A stretch of DNA of 37,024 nt from Tubiluchus corallicola (taxonomy: Eukaryota; Animalia; Priapulida). Positions 31,998 to 37,024 of the stretch are shown in pieces (the stretch's first letter is position 1; each line of letters begins with the position of its first letter). The notes beneath the pieces are model-generated. The model saw nothing but the letters and a program-made list of their open reading frames with translations. It ran no database searches and had not been told where the DNA came from. Location: NCBI GenBank assembly GCA_030141605.1, contig JAQGDQ010002440.1:1-37024 (forward strand), given 5' to 3'. The translations under genes and the position numbers were made by a program.

Positions 31998-32789
31998 TTA
32001 AGATTTGGGAAACAAACTACTCAGTATAAGCTTCCAAAACAAATCTCCTCCATTTCTATTAGGGTACTTATCTTCTATTTTTGATTTTAATTCTTCAGGT
32101 GTACTTGATTCATCGTAAGATTTTTTTGCATGCTTCAAATATTCAATATTCTCTTTATAAACCTTACTATTAGCAGGGTCTCCATGACCTGGGAAAACTA
32201 GTTTACTATTATTGTTACCATCAAGCTCTTCAAGAATACTTATCCAATTATTAAAGGAATCAGTAAATATAATCGAATAGTAACTATTGTATACTAAATC
32301 TCCTACAAAATCCACTCCAAACTCAGGAAGAATAATAACTACCTGCTCTTCAGCTTCAGCGTCACTATAAATTTCATACTTATATTCTATTCCATCTATT
32401 ATCTCCCCACCATCTGGAAGCACATTAGTTGGAATAGCTTCACCTAGCTTCTCTTTTTTACTATCTAGCACTGCCTTACCATTTTTTTTCAAACTTTCTA
32501 TTACTTTTTTAGTAGTATAACCTGGAGCATCACTAAATGATCCAGCATAACCAATCCAATGGTCTGGGTGATCATGAGTTATAATCACTTTTTCAATGGG
32601 TTTACCTATATCGTCTGCATAGGCTCTAAAATCTCTAGAAAAAGGAATTGTGTATTGACTATCTATTATCACCAATTTATTTTTACTCTCTACAATATAA
32701 GTGCCATTTCCAGCTGCTTTAGATGGACTAGTATAGGCATGTATTTTTATATCATTTAAATCTTTTATATAAAATACTTCTAAACGCAT
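31998..32789 (-). CDS. Metallo-beta-lactamase fold hydrolase (5' end uncertain)
   Basis: THDHPDH (HxHxDH), VGDL and FPGHG. No RBS at the called start. Confidence 0.8.
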   Translation of the reverse strand: MRLEVFYIKDLNDIKIHAYTSPSKAAGNGTYIVESKNKLVIIDSQYTIPFSRDFRAYADDIGKPIEKVIITHDHPDHWIGYAGSFSDAPGYTTKKVIESLKKNGKAVLDSKKEKLGEAIPTNVLPDGGEIIDGIEYKYEIYSDAEAEEQVVIILPEFGVDFVGDLVYNSYYSIIFTDSFNNWISILEELDGNNNSKLVFPGHGDPANSKVYKENIEYLKHAKKSYDESSTPEELKSKIEDKYPNRNGGDLFWKLILSSLFPKS

Positions 32790-33287
32790 TATCTACAACT
32801 AAAAAAAGTGATTTTTACACAATTAATATCTGTTAGTCAAAATTTATATTGATTTGCTTTTAACTTTAAATACAATTTACAAAAATATCTATTCTCCTCC
32901 AAGATGTATTATTTTTAACAAAGTATCTAAAGTTCAAAAAAATTGTAATTTAAATTAATTACTCAAATATAAATTTTTTAGCTAATTACTAAGTAAATTT
33001 TACTTTTATATGAAATACTTCATAACTACCTGTCTATTTAAAAAAAAACAGAATAACATTTCAATATCAAACATTTTTTTATTTTATATAAAAGCGTCAT
33101 AATAATTAACAAGTATTTTATTCTTTAAACAACTGTAATAAGTAAAAAATTATAACTACCTTTATAAGTAAAATGTTTTTTTATCATCAAATCTATTCAA
33201 TAGTAAATATTACTAGATATATTCAAAGTATGCATAACAAAATAAATCTTCAATCAAAAATCTCCTTTAAATATATATTGTTTAATG

Positions 33288-33325
33288 AAAAATGTATAGT
33301 ATGTAAATTTACACCACATTATACA
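33288..33325 (-). terminator. Possible intrinsic terminator after ppk1
   Basis: Minus strand TGTATAATGTGGTGTAAATTTACATACTATACA imperfect hairpin followed by TTTTT, 20 nt after the ppk1 stop. Confidence 0.45.
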
Positions 33326-33345
33326 ATTTATATGTTAAATTTTAC

Positions 33346-35373
33346 TTAGTATAAGTTATAAAGCTCTTCTTGAGCGGATATACTTTCTTTATTTTTTTTC
33401 TCTACATTAATATATTTTCCATTATTTTGTTGTATTTTTCTATTAATATTGTCTTTCAAAAGAAAATCTAGTACCTTTTTTATATGCAAATGTATATCCT
33501 TAGATTCAATAGGAACTAAAAGCTCTACCCTTCTATTTAAATTTCGTGACATTAAGTCAGCGCTTGATATATATATTTCAGGTGTTTTATCATTGTAAAA
33601 GTAATATATTCTACTATGCTCTAAATACCTTCCTACTATACTATAAACATTTATATTTTTACTATAATCTTCCATACCACTTCTTAAGCAACATGCGCTT
33701 CTAACAATTAAATCTATTTCTACTCCTGATTTAGAAGCATCATATAGTTTTTCTATAATATTTTGATCCTCTAAAGAATTTATTTTTGCAATTAAATATG
33801 CCTTTTTTCCTAGTTTAGCATTTTTTATTTCTCTATCTATTAAATAATTAAATTTATTCCTAAGAGTTTCTGGAGCAACGTCTAATTTTTTCCATTTATC
33901 TTTAGATGAAAAACCAGTTAATTTATTAAAAAGATCTGACACATCTTCGCAAAATTTTTTATTTGAAGTAAAAAAACCTATATCAGTATATAGCTTTGCA
34001 GTAATATCATTATAATTTCCTGTACCAAAGTGTGCATACCTTTTTATTCCCTCTTTTTCTTTTCGAACTATAAGTAACACTTTTCCATGAGTTTTTAGAC
34101 CTTTCAATCCATATATTACATGACATCCAGATTTTTCTAATTTTTTCGCCCACTTTATGTTTTTTTCTTCATCAAACCTAGCTTTTAGCTCTAAAACTAC
34201 TGTAACTTGCTTATTATTGTTAGCTGCTTTAACTAAAGATTTAATAATTGGTGAGTCTCCACTAACTCTATATAAACTTTGTTTTATGGCTAAAACATTT
34301 GGATCATTAGCGGCATACTCAATCACATCTATAATATGTTGAAAACTCTGATAAGGGTGATGCAATAAAAGATCCTGTTTTTTTAAAACATCAAAAATAT
34401 TTTTATTTTTTTCTAAAATTTTGTGTGACTTGCTTTCTTTAGATTTAAATTTCAATTTTTTTATATTAATAGAATTATAAAAATCCATTAAAAATGACAT
34501 ATCTATAATATTTGGTATTTTAAAAATCATATTTTCTAGTTTTAACTCTATCCCATTAGCAATAAATTCAATAATGTCATTGGGAGTATTTTTGGAAATT
34601 TCCAATCTTACAGGTGATCCCCACTTTCTATTTTTAATCTTTTTTTCAATCTCTATTAACAAGTCTTCAGCATCTTCTTCATTATAAATAGTATCTCCAT
34701 CTCTAGTAATTCTAAAAAAGTAGGATTTTTCTATAGTATACCCAATAAATAATTTTGATAAATTTGCTTTTATTACATCTTCTAATAAAATATAATGTTT
34801 TTTTTTAGTACTATTTATTTTTATATACCTAGATAATATACTTGGTACCTGTATTAATGAATAAAAGTAATTTTTATTATTTTTTAATCTAATTATAATG
34901 TTAAGACTTTTATTCACAAGATGAGGAAATGGTCTTGTATTATCTATTGCCATAGGAGTTAAAACTGGATAAATAGTTTCTGAAAATAATTTATCTACAT
35001 ATTCTTTTTCTTCTTTTATCAGATTTTCATAACACTTAAAAAAAATCCCCCATTCATTTTTTAAAGATATCATAATTTTATCTAAACAATCGTATTGACA
35101 CTTTAACATTTTTTTTATTTTAGAACCAATCTTTAATTGTTTCTTAGGTGTCATCCCTGAAATATCTTTTTTGCTGTACCTTTCTTCTGCTTGAGCTTTT
35201 AGTCCAGCTACTCTTATCATAAAAAATTCGTCTAAATTTGAAGAGGCTATTGCAATAAATTTTAGCCTTTCAAGTAATGGTAAGTCTTCATTTTTTCCTT
35301 CGTCTAGAACACGTTGATTAAATTCTAACCAACTCAATTCACGATTTATAAAACTTTTACTATTGTAACTCAT
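33346..35373 (-). CDS. ppk1: Polyphosphate kinase 1
   Basis: FINRELSWLEFNQRVL, SNLDEFFMIRVAGL, LLHHPYQSF, ELKARFDEE, KTHGK and GRYLEHSR. Confidence 0.97.
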   Translation of the reverse strand: MSYNSKSFINRELSWLEFNQRVLDEGKNEDLPLLERLKFIAIASSNLDEFFMIRVAGLKAQAEERYSKKDISGMTPKKQLKIGSKIKKMLKCQYDCLDKIMISLKNEWGIFFKCYENLIKEEKEYVDKLFSETIYPVLTPMAIDNTRPFPHLVNKSLNIIIRLKNNKNYFYSLIQVPSILSRYIKINSTKKKHYILLEDVIKANLSKLFIGYTIEKSYFFRITRDGDTIYNEEDAEDLLIEIEKKIKNRKWGSPVRLEISKNTPNDIIEFIANGIELKLENMIFKIPNIIDMSFLMDFYNSINIKKLKFKSKESKSHKILEKNKNIFDVLKKQDLLLHHPYQSFQHIIDVIEYAANDPNVLAIKQSLYRVSGDSPIIKSLVKAANNNKQVTVVLELKARFDEEKNIKWAKKLEKSGCHVIYGLKGLKTHGKVLLIVRKEKEGIKRYAHFGTGNYNDITAKLYTDIGFFTSNKKFCEDVSDLFNKLTGFSSKDKWKKLDVAPETLRNKFNYLIDREIKNAKLGKKAYLIAKINSLEDQNIIEKLYDASKSGVEIDLIVRSACCLRSGMEDYSKNINVYSIVGRYLEHSRIYYFYNDKTPEIYISSADLMSRNLNRRVELLVPIESKDIHLHIKKVLDFLLKDNINRKIQQNNGKYINVEKKNKESISAQEELYNLY

Positions 35374-35421
35374 CTTTGCGTCTCTCCTGTTAATTTCATA
35401 GCAAAAAATAGATTTTTAATT

Positions 35422-35889
35422 TTAGTATTTATCTATAATTTTTTCTATTATATTAGTCGTAGATTTTCCTTCTACATATTTAATTATTTTTATTTTACCA
35501 CCGTTTTTTTTCACCACGTGAGCTTCTGGCAATTCATCCTCTTTATAGTCCCCACCCTTTATATGTATATCTGGTTTTAGCTCATCAAGTATATTAATAG
35601 GCGTATCTTCTTCAAATATAACTACATAGTCAACAGGTTTTAAACCAAGCAACAACTCAGCTCTATCCTTTTCACTATTAACAGGCTTTCTTTTTCCTTT
35701 TAGTCTTCTAATTGATGAGTCAGAATTTAGACCTACAATTAATATATCTCCATTTTTTTTTGCTTCTGAAAGGTACCTTAAGTGGCCAACATGTAAAATA
35801 TCAAAACATCCATTTGTAAAAATTATTTTTTTGTTACTTTCTTTATATTTCATAACTATTTGATAAGCTCTTTCTCTAGATAATAGCAT
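35422..35889 (-). CDS. rfaE2: D-glycero-beta-D-manno-heptose 1-phosphate adenylyltransferase (stand-alone HldE/RfaE domain II)
   Basis: FTNGCFDILHVGH, GLNSDSS, FEEDTP, KGGDY and STTNII. Confidence 0.88.
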   Translation of the reverse strand: MLLSRERAYQIVMKYKESNKKIIFTNGCFDILHVGHLRYLSEAKKNGDILIVGLNSDSSIRRLKGKRKPVNSEKDRAELLLGLKPVDYVVIFEEDTPINILDELKPDIHIKGGDYKEDELPEAHVVKKNGGKIKIIKYVEGKSTTNIIEKIIDKY

Positions 35890-36245
35890 ATCACTCCTTC
35901 AAAATTTTTTAATTAATTATATCATAAAATAAATAAATAATATAAGGTTTATATAAAAACTTACTATTCTTTCATAGCCCAGTATATCTTTTATGTATCT
36001 TGAGAGTACATCACATTTAAATTGTTATAAAAAATTAATAGTAAACCCTTACAAACTCATAATTTAACAACATTATGCTCTAAGAACACTCATTTAATCT
36101 AGTATATCAAAAAGTTATTATTTAAAATTTTATCAATAGATTTTTATATAGTAGGTTGTCATAAAAGTATATTCATAAATACTTTATTAATTAGATATAA
36201 AAATAATCTTATAATCTAATGCTAAAGTAAAATCTATCTAGAATT

Positions 36246-36800
36246 TTAATTTATTTGTTCGAGTTCATTAGAAGTTAGAAAATCATATGGGTAAACCATT
36301 TTGCCTCCATTACCATCAATATCAAGATCATAGTTTAAGTTTTTAGCGGCATTTGAATACAAGTACCAAATAAATTGTGAGCAGTAAAAATATCTGTTAC
36401 TACTTTTATTTGTAGTAACAAAATATTTCCCTTTTTTAGTTCCATCTAAGCTTTTTAAAATATTATTTTTAAAGTGTCCATTAGTATTTTTATAACGTAA
36501 AACTATTACTTTTCTATCTTTTTCCAAAAAATTTGATAATACTATTTCTCTATAATTAGTTAATACTTGAGGGTATTCTGCAACTATTTTCTTTTCCTCA
36601 TCTATTATAATACCTGCATGCCCATATATTCCCAAAATAGTATTTCTTTTTTCTAAAATTAAAATATCTCCTATTTCAAGAATATCTGGATTAATAAGTA
36701 GTAAAGTTGAATCTTTCCAAATTTTGTTTTCAGGAATTACTTTTACAGATGAGCAACTTGCCAATATAATAATACTTAAAATAAAGAATGTTTTTTTCAT
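36246..36800 (-). CDS. YiiX/YebB-like permuted papain-like (NlpC/P60 superfamily) lipoprotein
   Basis: Lipobox ILASC. Catalytic His (YGHAGI) precedes Cys (YFYCSQFIW), and there is a C-terminal VYPYDF. Confidence 0.82.
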   Translation of the reverse strand: MKKTFFILSIIILASCSSVKVIPENKIWKDSTLLLINPDILEIGDILILEKRNTILGIYGHAGIIIDEEKKIVAEYPQVLTNYREIVLSNFLEKDRKVIVLRYKNTNGHFKNNILKSLDGTKKGKYFVTTNKSSNRYFYCSQFIWYLYSNAAKNLNYDLDIDGNGGKMVYPYDFLTSNELEQIN

Positions 36801-37024
36801 AAAACTCTCCTAAACATAATTATTAAACTGTAAAGCTATACTTTTAACTTTTTAGTATACAATCTTTATTTATTTATTTCAAGTAAATAAAATTGTACAT
36901 CTTAATTAAATTATGATATTATTATGTGACATTCAAATTTTATTCTATATTTTATATTTAAAATTATATTACTGTAGTTTAAAATGATAGTGTAACTTTT
37001 ACTCTAAAAATATTAATATACTAT

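Noticed and set aside
31998-32789. MBL-fold gene as an antibiotic-resistance beta-lactamase
   Set aside because: HxHxDH is shared by the whole superfamily. There is no signal peptide and no mobile-element context.
33346-35889. Functional link of ppk1 or the cytidylyltransferase-fold gene (as TagD) to the glycerol-phosphate operon
   Set aside because: They are on the opposite strand and separated by terminators and another gene. TNGCFD and KGGDY fit RfaE domain II better than TagD.
35890-36245. Intergenic region possibly holding a gene remnant or RNA element
   Set aside because: Only short open stretches with no recognisable motif, RBS or convincing hairpin.

Overview
Very AT-rich bacterial chromosome segment (roughly 25% GC by eye). 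Gene content and order suggest an anaerobic Fusobacteriota-like genome (inference). It has four blocks. (1) 1-14.4 kb: a tightly packed minus-strand housekeeping run, ruvB-Rrf2 regulator-rsmE-mtaB-LytR_C protein-rsfS-mreD-like-mrdA-minC-rnj-yhbY-DUF212-dxs-tlyA-ctpA-rbgA. (2) 14.8-20.2 kb: an accessory envelope/stress patch with a DUF2157 + GDYXXLXY pair, a probably exported nitroreductase-fold protein, a tandem LTxxQ (Spy/CpxP-like) protein whose promoter carries helically phased TTAAG repeats, and two PspC paralogues. (3) 20.25-31.9 kb: an 11-gene plus-strand glycerophosphodiester/glycerol-phosphate operon. It encodes a three-gene flavin/Fe-S G3P-dehydrogenase-like module, exported GlpQ, a TRAP transporter with two lipoprotein binding proteins, a HAD-IIA phosphatase, a cytoplasmic GDPD and GlpK, and it has a consensus sigma70 promoter plus a leader terminator hairpin. 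(4) 32-37 kb: an MBL-fold hydrolase, ppk1, rfaE2 and a permuted papain-like lipoprotein. At least six genes are split by small indels, most likely sequencing or assembly errors. I found no rRNA, tRNA, CRISPR array, IS element or prophage. The best candidate for an under-described system is the TRAP-fed glycerophosphate operon, which lacks GlpT and GlpF and pairs a phosphatase with a kinase.
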